From the NCBI GenBank assembly GCA_964106645.2, contig OZ067038.1: 64,000 nt of DNA; one strand, given 5' to 3'. The position numbers were made by a program, and so were the translations under genes. The notes beneath the pieces were generated by a model that saw nothing but the letters and a program-made list of their open reading frames with translations, was not told where the DNA came from and ran no database searches. Each line of letters starts with the position of its first letter. Position 1 is the stretch's first letter. Positions 51,963 through 64,000 of the stretch are shown piece by piece. Origin of the DNA: Podarcis pityusensis (taxonomy: Eukaryota).

Positions 51963-52611
51963 TTCCCTGGCTCACAAGAGGATTTCCTGCCAGTCTGCCC
52001 CTAGCAGCACTTCAATGCAGGGAGACATATTGACATTTATGGCGCAGCGGCAGTAAGCCTGCCTGGCACCACAAACAAGTCTCCTTGCAAAGGCAGGAGA
52101 ACTCTTTCAAAGTCAGCAGATTGGTCCCAACAAGCCAAAGCGTCTTTAAAAGGACAGCAGCAACTCAACAGGACTCAATATCCCAAACACAGTTTCTAGC
52201 TCAACATCGCCACTCAAATTCTGGACAAGTTCAGAACTGGAAAGTATACAGAAAGGTCTGCCATGCACTTGAAAATAATAAACAAGAGGTGTGAAGGGGA
52301 ACACTTCCAAGGCATGCAAGTGGCACTCTTAAGTCTGATGGGGGACTGCAGTGACAGTGTGGCGTAAATGGTTTGAAAACACATTCACTGTACACCGAGG
52401 CATTTGTTTTCTGGGCAGAGAATGTGCCCTCAATCACTTACAATGTATATCCATCATCACCCACTATGCTGCTGGCTTCAATATAGTAAACACACACAAG
52501 GGAAATTTTGGAGTCTGTGAGCCAGGGAACATAGAAAAAGGTGGGAAGGGAAGAATGTATCAAATGAAACTTAGCAAAACTTAAACTGCAGACCCTGCAG
52601 AAAGATGTCTA

Positions 52612-52902
<291 letters not shown>

Positions 52903-54360
52903 CTAAGCAGCACTACTCAAGACATAAAACTGAAGATCAGGGAACTTACTTTAATAACTGTTTTGAGTCTTTACTCTAAACACTCTGCAAACCAATTATC
53001 TTCTATAACCTGAGTGGTTAGATGACTGTTGAATTAAAATGAAGGCACAACAGTTTTTTTCTAGAAAAATCTAGGTGGTCTTTAACAGAATTCCCCTGCA
53101 GAGCAAGGCAGCTGTCTCCATGAGACACTGACATCTCTTCACCAGCCCTGTGTGAAGTCTCTCTCTCTCCTGACAGGGCTGCTGCCTCTTCCCTGGAGAC
53201 CAAGAGGGGAGCTGAGAAGAGGGGGGCTGGGGACCCGGGGGGGGGGAGTGACATTCATTCCCAGAAACAACACTGAGTTTCCAGAAGATGCTAGAAGCCA
53301 GGGTGCAAGGTCACTGTGAAGAATGTCTCTACCCATGCACCCTTCTGTACTGGACAGTTAAGAGATGTTTAGTCTAAACTCTTCTCTCAAACTGTGACGA
53401 TGTGAGAGACGGTCTGGCAGTTTTTAGGGCCAGGCCTGAGCATTAAGTTTAAACTGCCTCGATCAGGGCCCTAGCAGAGGCTTTGTTTTGTATAGTTTGT
53501 AACAGCCATGCTTAAAACTGACCGTAAAGACTTGTGTCTGTACTCAATCATTTCCTGTGATTTCTTTCTACTCTCCGTGCTAGTCTTGGAACTCCCACAT
53601 GCTGTGGAAGCTGCGTGATTACTCTGCTGCAGAGCAGGCCAGGTACCTGGAAGTGGGCTGGACCCAAAGACAGCTGCAGGCCAAACCCCAACAGGTTATG
53701 GAAACATCCAACAAGCACCCCAAAGGATTTATCTGAGCAGGAAAGGTGGATTTTCAGATGAGCAAGTTTCACCAATACAGAGAGCAACTGGCTTCTGCTT
53801 CTACCATCCTCACTACATACAGGATCTCCAGCCCGTCTCCAGATTTCTTGGCATCCTTGTATTACTAGTGAAGATGGACAGTTTAGTGACTGAGCAGTAG
53901 AGAAACAAGCCTGGGGAAAGCAGGCAAGCAGCGATGTTTAATGGCAACCTGATTAATGGCAAAGTGTTCTGCAGAGCCACCTGCTGATCTTAAGTGGTAC
54001 TACACCAACAGGTTGGGTGCCTGCCTGTCTTTGGTGAAAATGACGAGGTTCTGAATGGGCTTCTGGACTTGTTCGAAGGAGAGGTGTGTTTTTTTTTGGG
54101 GGGGGGGGATTGGCCTTTGGAGAGGACTGGTGTTTGGATGCCATTGTTCAGAACTGATGCTTGGTGTTCTGTTCTTTTCAACTCAAGATAAAGCAGGATG
54201 GAATCAGAGAGCTGTATGTCCAAAGCCCGAGTCCTGCCACTCAATTATATACTGTTAAGACAGAACCATTAAATGGTCCCAATGTAGCGCTCTAATTTCC
54301 ATTCCTGACAGGAGCTTTGTCAGTCAGCTCTCCCATCAAGGCACCCTTTCCTTCACTTAC

Positions 54361-54489
54361 ACTTTTATTTTTAGTGACGATGTTTTTGAAGAGAGATCGG
54401 TCGATCACGCCATCGTTCCTCTTCTGCATCAGGTGCAGTCCAAACAGAGTGCGGATTTCGTTTTCATCCGGCTCATAAGCTGGGTCCAT
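54361..54489 (-). CDS. ATIC: ATIC exon 12
   Basis: [43 protein letters not shown]|gtaagt. Confidence 0.95.
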
Positions 54490-55307
54490 CTAAAAAGCAG
54501 GATTCTGTCCTTAATGCCATGTCGATTTAATACAGTTTCTCTCCTTGCTTATTGTTAATGAAGTACTACACACCTGCTGAAAACCAGGAGCCAGCAAAAG
54601 GTTCACCAGAAATGTTCAACTCCATGGTCCTCACAAATGCCAAAACACACTTCAAAACAAACAAGCTGAAAGTTTCTGTGTGGCGGCTTCCCAAAGTGTT
54701 ATTCATCTTTCAGGGATTCTAGCCTCCTTCTCTTAAAGTGAGTATGACTGCAGTCCTAGAAACATTTCAGTAGGAGCAAGCCCCACTCAACACACTGGGA
54801 CTTGTTCCAGAGTAAAAATGTGATGGGTTACCCCCCACCCCCAGCACACAGATTAAGGGGTTTTGGGAGATATGAAACAGGAACTACTTTTAAACCATAT
54901 GCCATTAAACCCTAAATTGATGGCAATGTTGTATTCATTACCTTTTGGACCACAGCCATATTGTCAGGTTTTTCTTACTGAAGGTTTTTTCTTACTGTCA
55001 GGTTTTCCTTACTTCTCATAGTTTTATTAAACCATCAATGCACCGAATACAAGTTTATATTGCAAACTACAAGCATGGAAAACAGTTTGGAATCACTAAA
55101 ATGCGTCTCCTCAACCTAAGAGGCAATTTTAGGAAACGCCATTGCACTTTGAGGTTTTAAGATGTCATGAGTATATCTTTATTGGTTTTTGCTTAAATAT
55201 CATGCTTTAAAAGTAAATTGAGGGAGGGAGCAGGGAAGTCTGGACGTAGTTGAGAGAGAGAAATCAGTTGTCATATTCACATATCCTGTAGCAGTTCAAA
55301 TACTAAC

Positions 55308-55397
55308 CTGGAGGACACAGTAGCTTCCATTTTTCTTTTTGGATAGGATTTTGAGGGCTTCATCATCATAGCCAGGAGCCACAATCCCATCAGATAC
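55308..55397 (-). CDS. ATIC: ATIC exon 11
   Basis: [30 protein letters not shown]. Confidence 0.95.
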
Positions 55398-55599
55398 CTG
55401 TATGCACAACACACGTTTGCAATAGATTCCCTTTTTCTATTGGATGAGTCACATATCTTCGCGCTTATTAAGCAAAGGCTACTGGACCATGAAATCCCAA
55501 AACTTCACCCCTCCCAGCCTTCTGTATGCTCATCTGCTCACTTAGGATTGCAGCCTCACCATGGAGTAATGCCTAATTTCTTTTACAATTTAGATACTC

Positions 55600-56048
55600 C
55601 ATAGCATCGCAGAGCTTTTATGTTGGCTCATCAAAGGCATTCCCCTCAGCTGTATTTGGTTGGAAGGTTTCAAAAGATCCCCTTCCAGAACAGATTCTGC
55701 TCCTGTATTAAGAAAACACCAGATAAAATACGTCACATAATCTTGGATTGCCCTCTTCTCGACACCCATTGCAGAGATCTCCTAGTGGCTCCCTTACAGC
55801 TCAAAATACCCACTTATAAAGAATCTATAATCCAATACCTGTTGAGGGATGATAATCCCGAAACTACCAAGATTGTTTCGGGTTATTTAGCCGAGATTTT
55901 TAAAGCTAAATCCAAAGTTGTCTGATTTATTCAGCGGTGGCTAGTGAGCCTTTTATATATTGTATATGTTTGGATTATTAATATATTTGGGTGACTTTGT
56001 ATGATTTTATTGTTTAAACCTATGCCAATAAAGGTAAAAAAAAAAAAA
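55600..56048 (+). mobile_element. 5'-truncated non-LTR retrotransposon 3' end with polyA
   Basis: ORF 55620-55925 GRFQKIP..NRFCSC...IRHIILDCP (zinc-knuckle-like), AATAAA and A-tail at 56027-56048. Confidence 0.75.
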
Positions 56049-57399
56049 GTTAAGCCACCCAAGAATGTCCAATATCTTATCAGCAAACTAAACTTTAAGG
56101 TAGCGTCAGTCCTATTGTAGGGCGGTGTCAGCATGCTCAAGGGACCCTTAAGGGAATGATCGCCAAAGCTGCCCAATAAGGAGTTAACCCTTTCAGTGGT
56201 CAATGAATCCTGTCTGACATTTGGGAGGGGAAAGGCACAGAAAACTGAACTGAACTGAATACTTTGGAAGACTACATAACTGCTAGCTTGCTAGCACCCT
56301 GGACAGGATCCCTGCCACCACTACTGCAACATTTTGTTGCAGGTTCCACTGGTAATTACAGAAGCCTAAATCCAAGCAGGCTAACTCTGCCCTGCAGGAG
56401 GGGCTGGAGCCTCGTCCTAACTGAACCTTTTTGGGGGGCAGAGGGACAGCCTTGGATTTGTTAGACGGCCTGCCTTTAAAACCAAACCAAACACAAAAAC
56501 ACAACTTAAAACAAACGCTCAGCCGGGGGGGGGGGGGGGGAGAAGAAATCTCAATTGGGATTTCCAGCTTGTATAACAACCTGTCAAACAGCCTTAGCTA
56601 TCTCCCATGAAATATAAAACAGGAATTGATCAGGAAAAAAAGACATAAAATTTAGGTATAACCCTATGTCCAAAGGCTTAGGAGTATCAATTTAACAAAG
56701 GGCGGGGGCGGGAGTGGGGAGAAAAGATCAGTTAAAGAATATGTCCTTTATTCTCCAAGAAGTGCACATAGTTAGGGGAAATGATTAGTACGGACTCCCT
56801 GTTGTTCCATCTCATCTGCTGCTTTATAAAATTCAAGGGGTCACAGGCTGAAACTGAATCCGAAAATTTTAGGTGAAGGGTACAATTATGCTCTTGGGAA
56901 AAACTGGCAGCCATGACCAGTTATTCTGGATCCATATTTCAGAAGTGTGAAGAGGAGAGGGGATTTCTTTTTTCATTTTTTAATGGTGAATGGCAGGGGT
57001 TTAGTCAGGCATTGCTCTGGCTACAAAGGAGCAGCGTTCAGTGCTCAGCATGCTTACGTTCTGATCAACAAAGCTTCCCAGTGCCTCTGTGTACTTTAGA
57101 AACTCCTTCCTCCCAGCCATTCCCTTGGACTCACTTCTGCCCTTTATTGCAACATGGGCAAAACCCAAGCCTAAAGGTCTGGCCTTCCACACACTACTGG
57201 ACCTGAGGGTTTCAAGATCAGGGCAGGTTCCCAGGGCAAGAGGACAGGGGGAGAACAACACCCATTATAAGTAAATTATATGCAACAAAATCACTACCAA
57301 CCACCTTATCCCTACCCACCATCTACTCTATGGTCACGCAGTGGTCAGGCCAACTCCAGCCAACTGACCAGAGAGGTGCAGAATGCTATGGGGACTGAC

Positions 57400-57485
57400 C
57401 TCTCTGGAAATAATCTTCGCTGTGGGGACGTCACAGATGTCAGAGAGAGCAATGAAGTCACCAAAAGACGACATCCTATCAGCAC
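57400..57485 (-). CDS. ATIC: ATIC exon 10
   Basis: [29 protein letters not shown]. Confidence 0.95.
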
Positions 57486-58166
57486 CTGGGGGAGAAAAGT
57501 AGCATTTTGCACCAGAAAGGTCACCTACCAGAGTCAGGGATCCCAGAATTTAGCTTCTTAAGTGTACAGCTCAATCCCAGGTGCATTTACTTTTGAGTAA
57601 GCCCCAATGCCTTCAGTGCTCCTTACTCCCTTGGGACTTCTGGCAGGTTTCTTCTTAACTGCAGCCCAAGTTACCCAGGGGGCAAGCAAGCTCAGTGTAG
57701 CAACTCAACATTTTCAACATCACAGTATTGATGTAGGTGGTTCGCTGCAGCATGAATAACCAAGTCGCCAAACCTGTGTGGTACTTGCCAAGAACCACAA
57801 GTTAACAAAATTGCTTAACTAGCAGACGAATCCCTTCTCCATGGAGTTCTTCTGTCTGTTGCCAGGAGCCACAATGTGGGGGAAATGTCTAACCAGCCCA
57901 GGGCCATTTCCAACAGACAGGGCACTGCTGCCCCACAATGTCATACTATGAACAGGGAAAACAATAATTCTACACAGGGCAGTAAGATCAAAGGCATGGA
58001 TGCAACCCTGATATGAAAACCCAGGCTGTATCTATACAGATATTAAAAACACTATTATCAAAAGCTATAGTGGGGAAACGCTCCCAAGGCAATCGGCCAT
58101 TGACTTTGGATTCTGCTCTACAACGCCATCTGGTGTCACATTTTTATAACACATTTTAATGTTATA

Positions 58167-58786
58167 CCGTATTTTTCGCTCCATAAGACACACTTTTTTC
58201 CTCTTAAAAACTAAGGGGAAATGTCTGTGTGTCTTATGGAGCGAATGTGTGGTCCCTGGGACTGGGGGGGAGAAACGGACAGGCTGCGCGCAGATGCCCT
58301 GCGCTCCTGAGCAGCTCTGGGGTAGCCCACGAAGCCTCCGTAGGGCAGCAGGATGAAGGCTCCCCACTGCCCTGAGGAGGCTTCGTGGGCTTCCCCAGAA
58401 GCCAGAACAGCTAGAGGAAGCGCTGCAGTGCTCCCTCTAGCTGTTTTAGCTTCTGCCTTAGTGGCGCAAAGCCTCCGCTGCCCTGTGGAGGCTTTGTGCG
58501 GCTATCCCTGGCTTTTGCGGGAGGTGGGGGAAGGGACAAAGCGCGGCTCTATCCCTTCCCCCACCTCCCAGAAAAGCCCCCAAGAGCCGCGCTCCCTTTA
58601 AAGAGCTGCCCTTCTCCCTCCTCGGGGAAAAGCCTGCAAGCGCCGCACACACACTCCACACAGCTCGTGAAAGGGAGTGCTGAACAGAGCCGGGGATGCA
58701 GACAGGCTCTGCTCCCTTTAAATAATATGTTTTTCTTGAATTCCCCCTCTAAAAACTAGGTGCGCCTTATGGAGCGAAAAATACGG
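58167..58786. mobile_element. 620-bp TA-flanked non-autonomous DNA transposon with GC-rich palindromic core
   Basis: TIR CCGTATTTTTCGCTCCATAAG / CTTATGGAGCGAAAAATACGG, TA on both sides. Confidence 0.88.
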
Positions 58787-58811
58787 TAAATTGCCCTGAG
58801 TCCCCACTCAC

Positions 58812-58919
58812 CTCTTGCTCGCGCATATGCAGATGCCAAGGGTGTCAGGGTGTTGTGCATGTCGTGCACCATACAGACTTGAGCTTCCTGTTCAGTGAGA
58901 GGTATGCCAACAGCTGCCC
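58812..58919 (-). CDS. ATIC: ATIC exon 9
   Basis: [36 protein letters not shown]. Confidence 0.95.
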
Positions 58920-58989
58920 CTGGTAGGCAAAAGAAGTAAGGGCCGTAAGAAGAGCTTTGTAAAAAAATAATAAATTATTATTATTACAT

Positions 58990-59125
58990 CTGAAGGCAGC
59001 CCTGTTCAGGGAAGTTTTTAATATTTAACGCTGTATTGTTTTTAATACTTGATTGGGAGCCACCCAGAGTGGCTGGGGAGACTCAGCCAGATGGGCAGGG
59101 TATAAATAATAAATTATTATAAATT
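58990..59125 (+). mobile_element. LINE 3'-terminal fragment (same family as minus-strand 9710-9765)
   Basis: GGGAGCCACCCAGAGTGGCTGGGGA...GGGTATAAATAATAAATTATTA; reverse-complement match at 9710-9765. Confidence 0.55.
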
Positions 59126-59609
59126 ATTATTTGTTTCTCTACAGTGGCTGTGGCCAATGGGGGCTTTGCAGCCCAACCTCTGGAAGGGCCACAGGCCCAC
59201 AGATGCAGTACCATTTGTGTATGGCACTCCCCACCTGCAAATATCGGAACCTGAGCTTCAAATCGCAATTCCATTATTCAAACTACAAGAAAGAACAAAA
59301 AGACTTGGACTAAGCTATTTGAAACTGGAAAAGACTGCCTTGGAAGGTGGTGGATTATCCTCTCATAGAGGTTTTCAAGCAGGTGTTGGATGGTGACTTT
59401 TTGGAGAAGCTATAGCAGTAGATTTCCTGCATTGGTAAGGGGCTGAGGGACCTTTGAAGCCCCTGCCAACTCTACGCATACAAGCTACTCTGAGAAAGAG
59501 AAGCGCACAACAGAGCTCTAGTTCACCTTTCTGTTAAGCGTCTCAGTTCTTCTAGAGAGGACATTAGTGCATCTTTGCAGATGTAACACAAGAAATACAG
59601 TCTCCTTTA

Positions 59610-59828
<219 letters not shown>

Positions 59829-59962
59829 TCAGTCATAAAGGCCTTTCTTATGTAGGGGCACCAACAGCCAAAGCGGAAGGTGCCATTCAGTTTAGGAACA
59901 AAGTGTTATGAACCATTTCTCTTTGCTTTTAATCCTACCAGTAGTAAACACAAGGGAAAAGA

Positions 59963-60012
59963 AAGGAAGGAAGGAAGGAAGGAAGGAAGGAAGGAAGGAA
60001 GAAGGAAGGAAG
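59963..60012. repeat. (GGAA)n microsatellite
   Basis: Directly visible. Confidence 0.95.
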
Positions 60013-60797
60013 GTCCCCCTCCACTTTTACATTAACAAGAGCAACGAATGAAACATCTGAGGGCTTGAAGAACTTGACAACATTCCAACCACTAAAGCAC
60101 GCTGCCTCCATCAGTAGCATTACTGAGAGCCTGGTGAAATGTAGTGCCTAAGATTATGAGGTATAGCTCCTAATCTCACCTCTTTTACCTGTTTTGAATG
60201 TACTGAATAAGTGCTGTTCTCTGCAGTCTGTGATGTGGAAATATCAATTCTGACCTACCTGATAGTAGTTCTTGTAAAGATTACAGTAGAAATGTGTGCC
60301 GTATATTCAAAAGAACTGTTTCCTAGTACACAGGTCCCACCATCAGAACTCTTGTTATAAAAAAAAATCTCTTATCTGAACACAAAGGATTATGCCCAAA
60401 CCTCACTACACGAATGGCTGATTCAGATATCCGAACAGCCAACGTTTGCCCACTTCCTTGTTTGTTTGTTTTTTGCTGGTTGGTGGCAGCCATCAGGAGC
60501 AGAAACCGTGGTGGGAGGGAGAGAGATCAGAGATATCAAGGAGCAGTAGAGATCGGGCAGTTCAGTTTTTCCTTTGTATGGCTTTTGCTGATTGGCTGCA
60601 GCAGTTTCAGGCAGAAATCATGGATGACAAATCACAGGTTATAGATATGTTCCCATAGGAAATCATCAGTTTGCTATGCAAATGTTCACTTAATGAACGA
60701 TTCCCTGGGAACGCACTGTGTTCAGAAAGGAGGATCTGCGTGCATTGTTACAGGACCATTATAAGGTTATTCAGAACAGACTTACAAGGCATCCTAC

Positions 60798-60954
60798 CTG
60801 AAAGAGGAAGCTTAGACCTCAATGTGTAGAGCTGAGCAGGAGTCTGGTGTGGATTCATGCCATACCTCAGGGGAAGTTGAGACACCCCTTTGCTGTACTG
60901 TTTCCTGAAGTAATCAGAGATGGCCATATCATACTGAGCCGTATGAGTGAAAGC
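60798..60954 (-). CDS. ATIC: ATIC exon 7
   Basis: [52 protein letters not shown]. Confidence 0.96.
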
Positions 60955-61038
60955 CTGCAGAAAGCACATTGAGACTAGTCAGTCACCAGCATACTTGAAA
61001 AGTTGTGGGAAAGCAGCGCGCACAATCAGAAAGCCGAC

Positions 61039-61190
61039 CTTCAGAGCCAGTTGCTGCCGAGTTTCCAAAGTCGTATCCTTAGCGCTGGACGCCTGCATTT
61101 CCTTTGCTATGGTGGGATAGTCCCCAGGATCACACACAACAGACACGCGAGCATGGTTCTTTGCAGCAGCCCTCAGTAAAGCAACACCTC
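61039..61190 (-). CDS. ATIC: ATIC exon 6 (followed by an 84-nt intron)
   Basis: [51 protein letters not shown]. Confidence 0.95.
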
Positions 61191-62216
61191 CTGCAATTAA
61201 AAGGAAGCCAGGAAAACCATTACCATTCCTCTGTACATCACAGACTGGGAGCTTAAGGTCCTACCTTCAAAAACACGCAACGCGCTGATCCATCCAGGGT
61301 CTGCCAGAACCCTCAGGGGAGGTGCCGGAACCAAGTTGAAAAAAAGCCCTGGTCCTCCGGATGTTGCCAGACTGCAAATTCCACCATTCCTGACCAGTGG
61401 CCATAGTGGCTGGGGTCATGGGTACTAGAGTCCAATGAAGTCTGAAGGCCCTCAGGCTCCCTAACCTTGCTATACAACATCTCAGACACACCAAATCTAG
61501 TCATCTCACATACAACTCATTTCCTCTCGCACACAGGGTTTGCAGGATTTATAGCATGTGTTCTACAGCCAGCCTTCCAACAACTCAACAGATTGTATTA
61601 CAACCACTGGGTTGTATCCGATGCATCATATAGGTGCAGTTCCACTATGATGGGACTTCTCTTTACTTCCCTCCCCTCCATGCTCCCTCCCCCCCAAAAT
61701 CTGCTGCAGAGGGTCCTTCAACCCCCTGGAGTCAACTTTGATGGGGGGGGGGGACTGGAGGGGACAGGACAGGAGCCAAAGCCACACTGTGTGCATGGAA
61801 GTCCATTGAGTCAGCAAAGCTTCATCGTTGGGTAAGGTGGATAATGCAGCGGTTTCTGCACTGGCTTCTCAAAGTAAATTCATCATTTATGAAAATTTCT
61901 CTGGCAGAAAGAGAACCTTTAGAAAAATTCAGCTAATTACTACATACAAAATAGATTTTAAGGACCCTTTTTGTCCAAGGAACCATTTCCAATTCCGTTT
62001 CTGCTTGTCCAGGTCACAGAAAAGCTGGCCAGAAATGCAGCATTGCAAGACAAACATTGGGATACCCAGCGGTGGTGGGTTTGCACACATGCATCCCTTT
62101 CCACACCCCTCCCTGAAGTCTGTTTTCAAGGAAAAGATGAAGCAGTGACAGCCCCAAAGTTGCTGGCACAAAGTTGCAAGGCACAATCCATTCAAACCAA
62201 TGTTCCTTTGACTTAC

Positions 62217-62305
62217 CTATGTCAATCTGTTCAACTGCTTCTGGGATAGTTACGCCTGGAGATGAGACTGTCTTGACAAAGGGGTAGAGGTTGCAAACTA
62301 CAACT
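62217..62305 (-). CDS. ATIC: ATIC exon 5 (IMP cyclohydrolase domain)
   Basis: [29 protein letters not shown]. Confidence 0.95.
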
Positions 62306-64000
62306 CTGGAAGGAAGAAGATTGAATGGCTTTAAATTGTTCATTTCAGACAGGCAACTGCAGAGCTATGGGGCTGATCCAGCCCACGGCACCTTGAAGCC
62401 AGCCCACATCTCCCCAAATTGGCCACAGCCGCCCACTTTAAAAGTGCGGGACATCCTGTTCATGCAAGTGGGAGCCCCGCTCTGCTAAGCCAAACTGCTG
62501 TGTGATATGTGTGCGTGTGATTCATAGGGGACGGCGGCTTAAGGAAGGGCTACCCCTCCCCTCCACACATGATCCCTGAGAATCAGACTCCTTCCCTGCA
62601 CCCACCCATGCCAAGCTTTCTTGTGGAAAGGGGGAACTGTCAACAGGAAGGAAGGAATGAAAAGAGGGGATAAGAGGGTGGCAGAAACAAACAAGGGAGC
62701 AACTACAAGCTCTGGCTCTGCTGACTTGTGGCTCTGCTTCCACCGCCTGCAACACTGGTATGCAGTACCCCAGACATATCCATCTGAGGGAAAATGTGGT
62801 CCTTGACTCCAGCAAGGATGGCAGCTATAATGCAGCAACATCTGTAGGGGGTGCAGTTCCCCATCCCTGCCCTAATGCAAAGCAATCATTTATCGGATCC
62901 CTGCTGAAGCAAAACAGAAACAAGACCCTGACATGGGGCATTCAGGACACCCACCCCCCAGCAGCTGCTCTTCCAAAGGGCAGGTTCAAAAGGCAGGACG
63001 GGAGCAGCCTTTGCAACACTACCTGGCTCAATCTGGCAATCCAGAGTCAGGTCATCACCTTAAAGTTGTTTTCAGGTAGCCCACCAAATAAGAGGAACAT
63101 GCATTTCATCCATACGGAACCCAGTTGAAAGGAAGCAGTGGGCAAACAGCAGATGATCTACACTGCTGAGATTGTGACAGAATGAGAACTATGGGAACAA
63201 TCCACCCACTAGTTCCAACAGGAGATGGGGGAAAGAGCATTACACATATGCTTAATTCTCCTCTGAAATCAGTAAGAGGGACCAAATATTTTGGTTGGAT
63301 TGTGCCCATATTGCCCTTTATTAGGTTAAAAAACCCAGTATCATTAAGGTGGCCCAGAAATATAAAACACTAAAAGTCATCTGTCCAGGTCACTGGGTGC
63401 TGATGGTACAGAATCAGGTGACCAGTTGCCAGACAGTGACCCACGTTACGTTTCCACTGTGCTTTGCACAAAACTGGCCAGTTAAGAATCACTTTTATTT
63501 AACTTTGATGCTGAACTTTCTGATTTCCATTTAATGAATAACTTCTGTTTGGCATCCAAAGTCACACTTTGCACCACACCCACATCAAGTTGGCCAATCG
63601 AATGAAGCTGAGGAATTATTATGCTGCCTCTAAGTTAAGGGATGGGGCAAGAGGTGCAAAACTGAAAGGGGGCGGGGGGGGGCGTGCACAGACCAAGTCT
63701 TCAGCCCCAGGGTCCTCAGCCTCTGGCCCTGAATTTATGCACTCTTACGTATGAAGTTGACTTACATGTTGAAATCTAAACAGTACTGTGTAAATCTCAA
63801 AAGGGTATGTTTGCCAGTGTTTCAAAATTAAAACAATGAATAGAAGTATAGAGCCTTTAAGTCTCTTACACTATTATTTTTTCTCCCTTTTCCTTCGCTC
63901 CAAAAATGATGACAATGACACCATCTCACAAAATTTATGCATCTGATCTATTTTTTACTCTAACACACAGATAAAGGCTTGTTTATGGAGCAGAAGCCCT

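Noticed and set aside
55620-55925. 101-aa ORF with Cys/His motif as a nested gene
   Set aside because: It is the C-terminal end of a truncated LINE ORF2 followed by a polyA tail
61811-61886. C/D-box-like arrangement (ATGATGA...CTGA) on the ATIC strand in intron 5
   Set aside because: No convincing terminal stem or D' box and no rRNA-complementary guide I can recognise; would need snoscan/Infernal to revive

Overview
Vertebrate genomic DNA, most likely a squamate lizard (SINE/MITE content suggests Lacertidae). It holds two convergent, intron-rich genes in the tail-to-tail arrangement known from mammals. Plus strand: the 3' part of fibronectin (FN1), 27 coding exons (human-equivalent exons 20-46, 511-36920). 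These run from FNIII-5 through EDB, the synergy site, RGD, EDA, HepII, the V/IIICS region, FNI-10 to I-12 and the dimerisation cysteines, with AATAAA at 37579. Minus strand: exons 5-16 of ATIC (62305 to 42872); exons 1-4 were not found in the window. All exons were read by hand, have GT-AG ends and join in frame. Introns carry CR1, L1 and L2-type LINE remnants, tRNA-derived SINEs, TA-flanked and hAT MITEs, and microsatellites. Most ORF-track entries are spurious. The most notable observations are: (1) a 126-bp TSD-flanked Penelope-type insertion with a minimal hammerhead ribozyme, sense in an FN1 intron; (2) fibronectin ending in ...RRGD-stop, a second RGD; (3) a near-perfect 141-bp-arm hairpin in ATIC intron 13; (4) a 50-bp intronic copy of the FNIII-10 exon; (5) diverged EDB, synergy and V-region motifs. 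I see no evidence of a wholly new multi-gene system. Human and chicken comparisons are from memory and need checking by alignment.
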